46,838 nt of DNA from a virus (taxonomy: Duplodnaviria > Caudoviricetes). Of the stretch, positions 34,496 to 42,767 are shown one piece after another. The notes below the pieces were generated by a model, which ran no database searches, was not told the DNA's origin, and worked only from the letters and a program-made list of their open reading frames with translations. Each line of letters begins with the position of its first letter. Position 1 is the first letter of the stretch. Location of the stretch: the IMG/VR virus record IMGVR_UViG_3300020045_011081, positions 1 through 46,838 of that record, one strand, 5' to 3'. Position numbers and translations under genes: made by a program.

Positions 34496-36188
34496 ACAGT
34501 ACCTTTAAAATAGTTGGATAGCCTTTACCGCCTCGAGGACCTTTCTTCATCCACACACGCAGATGAGTTGGCTGTTTAAGCTCATTTTTACGCAAAAGGA
34601 ACTCAGTGCAGTCTTTAGGTACGTCTCCAATAGTTCCTGTTGCCTTATTCCACCAGTCAATAGCCATACCACGTGAGTCGCCGCTATGACCAATATTAAC
34701 AAACTGACTAAACAAACGCAAGCCGACTGCATAAATAACTTTAATTGAGCCAGGCTTCCCAGGTTTAGAGTATAAGCTATACGTAGTGTGGTCTACTTCA
34801 AATACCTCAATAATAGGTGCAGAGTCGACAATAAACTCCTGAGCCGACGCGGAAGTATCAATCTTAAGCTCTGGATCAGGAAAAACATAATCACAGGGTG
34901 TTTGTGCTTCATCATCAGCAATACCTACACAGTTAAGAACCCGAGCATAATTATGTGTTTTACACTTAGGGCACTCTTTCATTATAGCTGGGCCGTTACC
35001 CTTCTTTTTCTTGTCAGGTAATTGAGGATCGTTGATAGGCCCAAGGCGTAAAGTATTATTACCGAAGTCTAACACTAAACAATTTTGCTTATCAGACAAA
35101 GCTATCGCAGCAAGGCGCCCAGCTTTTTCCGCAATATTATGACCTGGCGCAAACAAAGGCCTGGTACCACGGCCAAGCATTTGAATCCATAAGACATTGC
35201 TACGAGTGATCCGCAACATACCAATAAGGTCAATTCCAGGACAATCATAGCCAGTCGTAAGAACACCATTATTGACCATAGCGCGATACTCGCCACTTTC
35301 AAACTTCGCAAGCTCATCTTCACGATTACCTTTCATTTTAGAATGGATACAACCAGTAGGTATACCCATAGCTCGTAGCATTTCAGCTACGTGGTTAGCA
35401 TGGTCAATACCTGAGGCAAATATAAGCCACTTCTTACGGTACCGACCTTTTTCAATAATTTCTTCAACACATGCACGAGTTAAATGGTCCTGATCAAATA
35501 GCTCTTGCATATCACCAAGGTTATACTCACCTGCAGTAATACGTATACCAGCATCAGACACTCTTGTATCAGTACCTTTAGGTACTACAGGCGATAGGTA
35601 ACCGTCAGTAATAAACTGCACAAAGCGCTCTGACTGAGTAGCATCATAAGCAGTGTGGTTAAATAAGCCATTATTAACAAGCATACCACCTTTAGACCTG
35701 AAAGGTGTAGCAGTTAAACCAATAACAACCATCTTAGGATTAGCTAAGCGTAGGATGTCAATTGTTTTACGGTAGTCTGATTCTGCATTTACAGGAATCA
35801 TGTGTGCTTCGTCTACTAGCACTACACATGGATTTTTAATCGTGTGAGCTACACTCTTAAACGATTGAATACCTGCTACAATAATCTGGCCAGTTAAGTC
35901 TTTTTCACCGGCGCCGTCAGAGTAAATTGATACACGAGCGTTTGGCCATACCCATTTAATAGCCTTAGCGTCATTTACAACTAACTCTTTGACGTGTGTT
36001 AGTACAAGTACTGTACCAGTATCAGGCCAGTTTGTATAGATATCTTTAATAATCATACCTAACAAACTAGCCTTACCTGTGCCTGTTGGTAAGCAAACAA
36101 GAGGATCAATACGCTGTGTTTCAGCAAACGCCGTCCATAAGGCGTCTACTGCCTCAATTTGATAGTCACGAGGTATAAATGGTTTCAT
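34470..36188 (-). CDS. SF2 (DEAH, RadD-like) helicase
   Basis: RDYQ, PTGTGK, DEAH, GLTATP, LTTGYD, QMLGRG.R, zinc finger. Confidence 0.95.
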   Translation of the reverse strand: MKPFIPRDYQIEAVDALWTAFAETQRIDPLVCLPTGTGKASLLGMIIKDIYTNWPDTGTVLVLTHVKELVVNDAKAIKWVWPNARVSIYSDGAGEKDLTGQIIVAGIQSFKSVAHTIKNPCVVLVDEAHMIPVNAESDYRKTIDILRLANPKMVVIGLTATPFRSKGGMLVNNGLFNHTAYDATQSERFVQFITDGYLSPVVPKGTDTRVSDAGIRITAGEYNLGDMQELFDQDHLTRACVEEIIEKGRYRKKWLIFASGIDHANHVAEMLRAMGIPTGCIHSKMKGNREDELAKFESGEYRAMVNNGVLTTGYDCPGIDLIGMLRITRSNVLWIQMLGRGTRPLFAPGHNIAEKAGRLAAIALSDKQNCLVLDFGNNTLRLGPINDPQLPDKKKKGNGPAIMKECPKCKTHNYARVLNCVGIADDEAQTPCDYVFPDPELKIDTSASAQEFIVDSAPIIEVFEVDHTTYSLYSKPGKPGSIKVIYAVGLRLFSQFVNIGHSGDSRGMAIDWWNKATGTIGDVPKDCTEFLLRKNELKQPTHLRVWMKKGPRGGKGYPTILKVLYEGDPQSE

Positions 36189-37087
36189 TTCATTACCAAT
36201 CGAATTTTGATATCCTTTGGCTTCATAAAGACATCGTGCTTTTCATAGTTTTGACAAGGCTTTTGCGTGTTGGGTATTAGCTCAGCTGGTATTAATTCTT
36301 CACCACCAATATTACAATGCCAAGTTGCTTCTTGTTCTGCACTTACATGCTTGCATGTTCTGCAATTAGTGTGTGGTTCTTCACCTTTATGAAAACACAA
36401 TGAGCGATAGTCGCACCAGCGGCATTCAAAGTAAGCTGATGAGTCACTTACGCGGTCAGGCACATGATCGCCAAACACAATATCATCGGCTATAGCCATA
36501 TACTTTAAAGCCAACTCTTCATTAGCTTCAATCCACTCAGTATATACCTCATCAGTATTCTTACACACTGCACCATATAAGCATCGGCTAAGCTTAAACC
36601 TGTGTAAATAAATAATAATTTGCACGTAATGTACTGGCTTAGCTTTTTCAACACCACCTTTTAGTAAAGTGGCAAATGACTTTTCACCATGAGTCTTAAA
36701 CTCAGTAAGACACCACTCATTTAGCCATTCTGGGAAGTTAATACCCATACCATCGCAAGAACCACCACCATGTCCACCGGCAAATGTAGTACGAAACTGC
36801 TTTTTAGTGTCTGGATTTATATCATAAAATTCAACACCAATACTACGAAGCATCTCAGCAAAACGTGCTTCTTCTAAGTGTCCACGATCAAATAATCTTA
36901 TCATACGTGCTTCATGCTTAATTAACTTTGCATGACGAAAGTTAAACCATACCATACGCTTACAGTTATTACCAATTACTGATGCGCCAAGGTGGTTACG
37001 AAAGCCTGTTTCTTCTGGGTGCAGTAAGTCAACGGCTTGACGCTTTTCTTGAAGTGCTTCAATTTTTTCTTGGGTTAAAGTTGGCAT
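36185..37087 (-). CDS. Cas4-like PD-(D/E)XK exonuclease
   Basis: HLGAS.IG..C.R, GSCDG, EFKT, Q...Y, C.WC.Y...C. Confidence 0.88.
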   Translation of the reverse strand: MPTLTQEKIEALQEKRQAVDLLHPEETGFRNHLGASVIGNNCKRMVWFNFRHAKLIKHEARMIRLFDRGHLEEARFAEMLRSIGVEFYDINPDTKKQFRTTFAGGHGGGSCDGMGINFPEWLNEWCLTEFKTHGEKSFATLLKGGVEKAKPVHYVQIIIYLHRFKLSRCLYGAVCKNTDEVYTEWIEANEELALKYMAIADDIVFGDHVPDRVSDSSAYFECRWCDYRSLCFHKGEEPHTNCRTCKHVSAEQEATWHCNIGGEELIPAELIPNTQKPCQNYEKHDVFMKPKDIKIRLVMK

Positions 37088-37401
37088 TATGCGTTGTCCT
37101 CTAACATTGCTGCAGCAATGGCTTCACGCGGTGTCGTATAAGTACCATCTTTAAGGCTTTGCTTCGGTGATACCCAATACCTGAAAGGATATCCAGTAAA
37201 ATAAATTTTAATGTTGAGATTTAGAAACATCCAGTCTAGCATTTCTGTATCAGACGGCAAGCAGTTATTAGGTGTTAATTGATTTTCTGCTTTGTTACAT
37301 TTTTTACAAAGATCCAGTACAACTGAGCCATGTGCGTCACAAATAGAGGCAGGTATATCTTTATCTGCATCAGTATAAAAATCATGAGTGTTAATTGTCA
37401 T
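37087..37401 (-). CDS. Hypothetical protein
   Basis: GGAG RBS; DTEMLDW and TPREAIAAAM motifs. Confidence 0.7.
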   Translation of the reverse strand: MTINTHDFYTDADKDIPASICDAHGSVVLDLCKKCNKAENQLTPNNCLPSDTEMLDWMFLNLNIKIYFTGYPFRYWVSPKQSLKDGTYTTPREAIAAAMLEDNA

Positions 37402-37425
37402 GTGTTTCTCCATTAAGTACAATTA

Positions 37426-37866
37426 TTATAACGTAATGAAGTGAACTTGTATACCATTATTTAGCAAAGTAGTGATTGCTTCACGTTGGTTATGGTACCA
37501 TTTTGACTCAGTATTTAATGGCCGGCAGTAAACTGCACAAATATTTGTACCAACATGCTTAGCATTTACAATCTTTTTAGCGCATTTGTTACACGGCACC
37601 TTATTGACAAATAATGTACCATTATTTATTATTCCACACCGGAATAACGCGTTGTCTTCTGCATGTATAATGAAATCATTCTTATTTACAAGAAGCAAAA
37701 GGCTATCGTCATCCATAGGACTACCTGGTGCTGGTCCGTTATATCCCATTGACTTTACTTCACGCTCGTCAGTAATAACACAGCCAACCTTAGTAGAGTC
37801 TTTACTCCAGCTTCCTACTTCTTCAGCCAACTTCATAAAGCGGTCAACCCATTTCTTTTCAAGCAT
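37426..37866 (-). CDS. dCMP deaminase
   Basis: WSKD..KVGC, GYNG, HAE.NA, PC..C. Confidence 0.92.
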   Translation of the reverse strand: MLEKKWVDRFMKLAEEVGSWSKDSTKVGCVITDEREVKSMGYNGPAPGSPMDDDSLLLLVNKNDFIIHAEDNALFRCGIINNGTLFVNKVPCNKCAKKIVNAKHVGTNICAVYCRPLNTESKWYHNQREAITTLLNNGIQVHFITL

Positions 37867-37883
37867 GCTAATCTCCAGATATG

Positions 37884-37906
37884 AAAAAGGCGACCGAAGC
37901 CGCCTT
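37884..37906 (-). terminator. Intrinsic terminator after the SSB gene
   Basis: AAGGCGGC-TTCG-GTCGCCTT plus TTT. Confidence 0.8.
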
Positions 37907-37926
37907 GTGTGGATATTACTTAGGTA

Positions 37927-38442
37927 TTACCATGGTTTTTTAGGTTTGCCTGTAGTATCAGCAACCGACGCTGTAGCTTCACCAGTTGTTGCACCAGGAG
38001 TAACGCCAGGAGCACCAGTAGCAAGCGACTTATAGTTCTGGATATCATTACCAGCAGCGTACTTAATACCAGATTCTGGCTTGTCTTTAATTTCATACTG
38101 CGGCGGTGTGATCTTAACCTTAATCATCATTGGCTTACCACAAAGCTGCGAAGGTTCTTGCAAATCCATTACACCGGTAGAATGGCAGATTGCTGACAAC
38201 TGGCGATGGCCAATTTCAACTGCTTTTTCATTTGGGTTGGTGTAAGTAACATTTGCAAAAATAACGCGTTCTTGCGATGTAGGGCCCATAATTTTAAACT
38301 TCATGGAAAGATAAGAGCCAGTGCCTGCTGAAGTTGGCTTAAGCTCAGCCGACTCCATAATAGCTTGATACCAGCCAGCAGGAACTGGAACAAATTCTTC
38401 TGAAGGTGTAACACTGTTTGCATTAAATTGTAAAGTTGCCAT
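37927..38442 (-). CDS. DUF669-like single-stranded DNA-binding protein
   Basis: PVPAGWY, ELKPT, AVEIG..QL..IC, C-terminal KPW. Confidence 0.85.
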   Translation of the reverse strand: MATLQFNANSVTPSEEFVPVPAGWYQAIMESAELKPTSAGTGSYLSMKFKIMGPTSQERVIFANVTYTNPNEKAVEIGHRQLSAICHSTGVMDLQEPSQLCGKPMMIKVKITPPQYEIKDKPESGIKYAAGNDIQNYKSLATGAPGVTPGATTGEATASVADTTGKPKKPW

Positions 38443-38513
38443 TGTTTATTTTTTCCGATTGTTAAGTTGACCTAGCGTTAGCAGGTAGTTATTACTTCAT
38501 GAAAGAAGCTTAA

Positions 38514-39428
38514 TTATAACACGTATTTTTCCAGGATGCTTCGTACTTCTGAGCCGTCTGGGTAGGCTTTTTTCAGAGCCTTAGCAGCACGCTTACGACT
38601 ATTGGCATCAGCTTCTTTTTCAATTGCCGATGACAATTCAGCTTCAACTTGCAATTGCTTTTTGTACTCAGTGTTATCAACACGTTGTACAATCCATTTG
38701 TAGTTGATGCCTTGCATCAGTTTAGGCTGAGCATGAACGGCAACAACATCAACAATGGTAAAGCCACTTGACGGTGTATCAACAACTACAACATCACCAA
38801 CCATAATTTCATCGTCGAGTTTAGCCTTGTAGGTGTAAGTTTTTTGGTTTGCATCACGGAATTTACATTCAACTGTTGTGAATACAGTTGATACTGCTAA
38901 AAATAATGCTGCGCCTGATGTTGTCATGATTTCTTCCTCGGTGTGTAAAATTGTGATGTGTTTGGCATTGTATTTGAGGTGAGCCGGTAATAAATAGTTA
39001 GGGACTTTAGTGGCTAATCCGCCACCATACAAACCAGCCCAAAGTTTTTCTTGACTAAGCTCTTCAAGAGTTGGTTTTGCTTTTGGCAGTTGCAAGTTAA
39101 AATTAATCTTAACCCCTTTTAAATCAGTTACTGAGGCATCGCCAACTTGCTCAATATTTACTGAATCAATGGTAACCGTGTGAGTACCTGGTGGTAAAGG
39201 TTCTGCTGGTTTAACACTGTCAGCAAACTTAATGTCCATTTTTGGGACCGAGCAACATTCAATTGGAGTAAAGCCATCTTTAGCAAAAAATGTACCCATG
39301 CCGTATTCTTTCGTTGAAAAGCATTCAACGCCGTCCCAGTCAACGGTAAGGATTTTACCCTTATTAACCATAATATGTCTTTTTGACTTAGCAGTTGTTC
39401 TGGCAGCTCTTGTTGCGATTACTTGCAT
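38514..39428 (-). CDS. Hypothetical, apparently composite protein with an internal start at 38927
   Basis: AGGA RBS at the start; internal GAGGAAG RBS before MTTSGAAL; C-part has KTYTYK...VGDVVVV. Confidence 0.7.
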   Translation of the reverse strand: MQVIATRAARTTAKSKRHIMVNKGKILTVDWDGVECFSTKEYGMGTFFAKDGFTPIECCSVPKMDIKFADSVKPAEPLPPGTHTVTIDSVNIEQVGDASVTDLKGVKINFNLQLPKAKPTLEELSQEKLWAGLYGGGLATKVPNYLLPAHLKYNAKHITILHTEEEIMTTSGAALFLAVSTVFTTVECKFRDANQKTYTYKAKLDDEIMVGDVVVVDTPSSGFTIVDVVAVHAQPKLMQGINYKWIVQRVDNTEYKKQLQVEAELSSAIEKEADANSRKRAAKALKKAYPDGSEVRSILEKYVL

Positions 39429-39504
39429 GATCTTGTTCCTTAATAAGCTTCAACAAATCGGTCGGATAAAGTACGCGGCTTTGGTAAAGTAGCATACACT
39501 GGTA

Positions 39505-39714
39505 CTACTTGCCCACGTACTTCGTACTTAATTGAGTACTGTATACGCTTGCCTTGTACTTCTTGGTAGTACGGTCCAGAACTTTCTTGAACTCGTCTGC
39601 TGCCAAACATAGGGTTTGCATGGCACTTAGCTTCATACTCAGTTTTGTACATTTTGCTAACACCACTACCAATATTAAGGTCAAAACAATCCAACCTATA
39701 ATCTGTGCGCTCAT
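39505..39714 (-). CDS. Small protein with N-terminal TM helix
   Basis: Follows a promoter; IIGWIVLTLILVVVL. Confidence 0.5.
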   Translation of the reverse strand: MSAQIIGWIVLTLILVVVLAKCTKLSMKLSAMQTLCLAADEFKKVLDRTTKKYKASVYSTQLSTKYVGK

Positions 39715-39744
39715 TATTTGCTCGTTTCGAGAGGGTATGAATAC

Positions 39745-39773
39745 ATTATATACGCATTCATACCCGTTGTAAA
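39745..39773 (-). promoter_or_regulatory. Promoter with its -10 inside an inverted repeat
   Basis: TTTACA-N17-TATAAT; 10-bp arms at 39733-39742 and 39756-39765. Confidence 0.65.
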
Positions 39774-39774
39774 C

Positions 39775-40518
39775 TTACGTTTTCAACTTTGCAAACAAAT
39801 GTGCCAGTGACGGGAACTCATAAAGATCAAGAACGCCAGAGCGATCTTTAGCAGCATACTGCCAGTCAGGATGACAGCGTAAATAACGCTCAGACTTACC
39901 ATTTTGCATTGGGCTAAGCTCTAACGCAAGAACTTCATCAAACAAGTATGGTAGTTGTTTAGATAGCTGTTGACCTGGCATCATAGGACCAAATGTAATA
40001 CCACCTGTGACTTCATCCTTAACTTTATCAAGCTTAGCTAAGAACACAACATTATGGTTTGGCAAGTCACGAAATGACCGTAAGATTACCATCATATCTT
40101 CAGCAAGCTTGCCGTAAGCCTGACGGCCATCTTTAGCTGTTAGTCGTGCTTCAGCTAACACAACTTCAGCAATGTCTGTTACAGAGTCAAGGATGACTGT
40201 ATCAAAGGCAAGCGCATCAGGTGATTCAGTTAGCCAGGTATAGACATCACCGAGCTTTTCCATTGTCTTACACGTAATGAATGGAATATTATAGCTGACG
40301 CCCGGGGTGTCCACACCAAAGACACGAGCAATGTTTACTGCACGCAAAGATAGCAAGCCACTTTCAGCCGAAAGTACTAACGGCTTAGGCGCAGTCGCAC
40401 ATAACATTGTCTTACCAACACCTGACGGACCGTAGATACATAGCTTTACGCAAGCTTCTTGCATAGTATTCTCAGTGTGCTCAATTAGCATTGGTAATTT
40501 AAATGCTTCAGTTTCCAT
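39775..40518 (-). CDS. Sak4-like AAA (AAA_24) ATPase
   Basis: IYGPSGVGKT, SAESGL, LDS.T, D.RQAYG, AKDRSG. Confidence 0.9.
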   Translation of the reverse strand: METEAFKLPMLIEHTENTMQEACVKLCIYGPSGVGKTMLCATAPKPLVLSAESGLLSLRAVNIARVFGVDTPGVSYNIPFITCKTMEKLGDVYTWLTESPDALAFDTVILDSVTDIAEVVLAEARLTAKDGRQAYGKLAEDMMVILRSFRDLPNHNVVFLAKLDKVKDEVTGGITFGPMMPGQQLSKQLPYLFDEVLALELSPMQNGKSERYLRCHPDWQYAAKDRSGVLDLYEFPSLAHLFAKLKT

Positions 40519-40924
40519 CAGTTTCTTCCAAAGTGAACTTAATTGTTGGAGAGCCTGGCTTACTGATCAATGCGTCATTAACCAGCTCACGCATTTCTTC
40601 AGGAACTTTCTTATGGCCAGTTACCGAGTAAGTCAGTTTTGGCGGGAAAGCAGCGTCGTAGTAAGCATTACCAATCTGCTCACCAAATGCTTCAATTAAA
40701 CCAGTACGAACTGCTTCAAGACCAGCTTCGTAAATAGTTGTATTGATTACACCTGTAGCCTCAATCTTATAACCGTCCATACGGAAGGTTGATGAGCCTT
40801 TTTTCTTTGCTTTGCCATCAGCAAGGAAAATATCAAATAGCTCGGTACGAAGAGCCATTTCGTTGGCAGTCGCTTTCTTAGCAGCATTTTGTGCAGCGAT
40901 TAAAGCTTTAATTTTTTGAAGCAT
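40508..40924 (-). CDS. Hypothetical protein of the recombination module
   Basis: E..LR motif and C-terminal KPGSPT; upstream of Sak4. Confidence 0.75.
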   Translation of the reverse strand: MLQKIKALIAAQNAAKKATANEMALRTELFDIFLADGKAKKKGSSTFRMDGYKIEATGVINTTIYEAGLEAVRTGLIEAFGEQIGNAYYDAAFPPKLTYSVTGHKKVPEEMRELVNDALISKPGSPTIKFTLEETDGN

Positions 40925-40934
40925 AAGGTGTTCC

Positions 40935-41429
40935 TTAGTTAAACTGACGAAGCCATTCTACCGCTTCTTCTACAGTGTGGATGGTATAATCAAACACAAC
41001 AACGTTTTTATTACCAATTTGCGCCTGTGCAAACTCGCTGTAAAGCTCATATAACTCTGCGCGATTGTCAGCCACGCCGGCCATTTCTTCACGGTCAGCA
41101 CTTGCATTAAGTACAATTTCAGGAGGAGGCAAACAGATAATCATTGGGATATTATCAACAGTAGACTTAATAAACAAGTCTAATTCGTCTGCGTGGATAA
41201 CCTGATCACGACCGGTAATTTTATCGTAGATTTGCTGGCTTAACGCCATTGAACGGTCAAAGATTGTGTTAACAAACTTGTGTTCAGCAAGCCAGTAATA
41301 AAAGAAGTCTTTAGCACTGGCTGGGCGCACTTGATGAATACTTGCCATGTTAAGACGCTCAGCTAATGCTGTAGCTAAGGTTGATTTACCAGAGTTATCT
41401 GGACCTTCAATAATAAATGTAGCTTGCAT
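40935..41429 (-). CDS. dNMP / thymidylate kinase-like P-loop protein
   Basis: IIEGPDNSGKST, IFDR...S..IY, ICLPP. Confidence 0.85.
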   Translation of the reverse strand: MQATFIIEGPDNSGKSTLATALAERLNMASIHQVRPASAKDFFYYWLAEHKFVNTIFDRSMALSQQIYDKITGRDQVIHADELDLFIKSTVDNIPMIICLPPPEIVLNASADREEMAGVADNRAELYELYSEFAQAQIGNKNVVVFDYTIHTVEEAVEWLRQFN

Positions 41430-41461
41430 GTTGTTTCCCGTTTAAGTTAAGATATTATATA

Positions 41462-41812
41462 TTACTTTTTAACAATTCGCAAGTGGCCAACCACTTGCTG
41501 TTTTCTACGACTAATTGGTAAAAGATCTGTGGAGTTTAGCAAAACAACTTGCCAGTTAACTTGCTTGCTTTTAACAGAAGCAACTTGGTCGTTATTAACC
41601 AAATAGCTATTATGAATACGCGTAAAAGTATAAGGTAAACAGCACTGAAGACCCATTAAAGTATCTTCCATTAAGTGTTCCATACCATCAGTTGTATACG
41701 CAATCACATACTTTAGATCAGACTTAAAGTACATAATGTTTTCAGTAAAAATTGTACGGCTATGACCGCCAATATCTTTAAATGTAAACGCTAATAAGTC
41801 CATTTTGCTCAT
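41462..41812 (-). CDS. Stand-alone LytTR DNA-binding domain protein
   Basis: I.YFKSD.KYV, F.RIH.SYLVN, LPISRR. Confidence 0.88.
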   Translation of the reverse strand: MSKMDLLAFTFKDIGGHSRTIFTENIMYFKSDLKYVIAYTTDGMEHLMEDTLMGLQCCLPYTFTRIHNSYLVNNDQVASVKSKQVNWQVVLLNSTDLLPISRRKQQVVGHLRIVKK

Positions 41813-41886
41813 TTCGGCACCGTAAAGGTAGATTGCTTAGCCTTGTCCATATTAGCAAGGGCTTTCATAAGAACGTTATCACTCAT
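41809..41886 (-). CDS. 25-aa coupling ORF (MSDNVLMKALANMDKAKQSTFTVPK)
   Basis: ATGA overlaps at both ends. Confidence 0.45.
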   Translation of the reverse strand: MSDNVLMKALANMDKAKQSTFTVPK

Positions 41887-42083
41887 CGCCCAATATACCT
41901 TGCATTGAGCTGGTGCCACTTAGACACACACCAGAAGGTTGAGCCAACTGCTGAAAAGTTATTAAAGAAGCCACCTTCTTTTTGAAGTCGCTTAGCCATT
42001 TTACGGTGGCCACGACGTGCTTTGCGTCTGTCTTCGCCAGCCTTTAGCTTACGGGCACGCATTAGACCTAAGTTATATTTCAT
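41883..42083 (-). CDS. Small basic hypothetical protein
   Basis: AAGGAG RBS; ATGA coupling. Confidence 0.65.
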   Translation of the reverse strand: MKYNLGLMRARKLKAGEDRRKARRGHRKMAKRLQKEGGFFNNFSAVGSTFWCVSKWHQLNARYIGR

Positions 42084-42280
42084 CGTTCACTCCTTTTATA
42101 CATACCACCACCATTTAAGATATGGTATGGGCTACGGCGATGTTCTTTATTCCAAGCAATCCGGCGTTCTTTTAATGCTTCGCGTTTAGCAACAGTTTCA
42201 GCATCATCAAACTTAGGCAAAGGTGCCATTACATCAGCTTGGTGTGGGTTAGCAAATAAGGCCATAAAGAATTTTAACAT
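42080..42280 (-). CDS. Small hypothetical protein
   Basis: AAGGAG RBS downstream of a TATAAT promoter. Confidence 0.7.
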   Translation of the reverse strand: MLKFFMALFANPHQADVMAPLPKFDDAETVAKREALKERRIAWNKEHRRSPYHILNGGGMYKRSER

Positions 42281-42438
42281 TTGACACGCTCCTTGTTCAT
42301 AAGGAAGTCCTTATTAATAATATGAGATCATTATACTATATAAGAGAGTTGGTGTACACTGCTTCATTGCGCAAACAAATGAGTTTACTTAGCGGACAAT
42401 ATAATATATAATAGACTTTCGTTATAAAGGAGCAGGAC

Positions 42439-42765
42439 ATGACGCCAGAGCGGATTCTATTATACAAAGCACAAGCAGTGCGAGCGGCTATGGGTTTTAC
42501 AAATGCGGCTAAAGCAAAGTCGTTTAACATTTCTAAATGTCATATCGATGCTGGTGCATTACCAAAGAGTGCATTCACTAAGGATATTCTGCGGTTTGTA
42601 CGTGCACCTGATTACTACACTGATAAAGCAGGCTGTCTAGCCATAATGCTTGATGAACTACATTGGTTGTCTACCAATGGTTATTTAGTTTTAAAAATAG
42701 TTGATGGCACGCGTGTTAAAAGCCAACTATGCTATGTAATCACGGATAAATTACTTGAGGCTTAA
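42439..42765 (+). CDS. Hypothetical protein upstream of the primase
   Basis: AAGGAG/AGGA RBS; divergent promoter region. Confidence 0.7.
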   Translation: MTPERILLYKAQAVRAAMGFTNAAKAKSFNISKCHIDAGALPKSAFTKDILRFVRAPDYYTDKAGCLAIMLDELHWLSTNGYLVLKIVDGTRVKSQLCYVITDKLLEA

Positions 42766-42767
42766 GC

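Noticed and set aside
36185-37087. Cas4-like gene as evidence of a CRISPR-Cas system
   Set aside because: No repeat-spacer array or other cas genes; it sits in a standard Sak4/SSB/helicase recombination module
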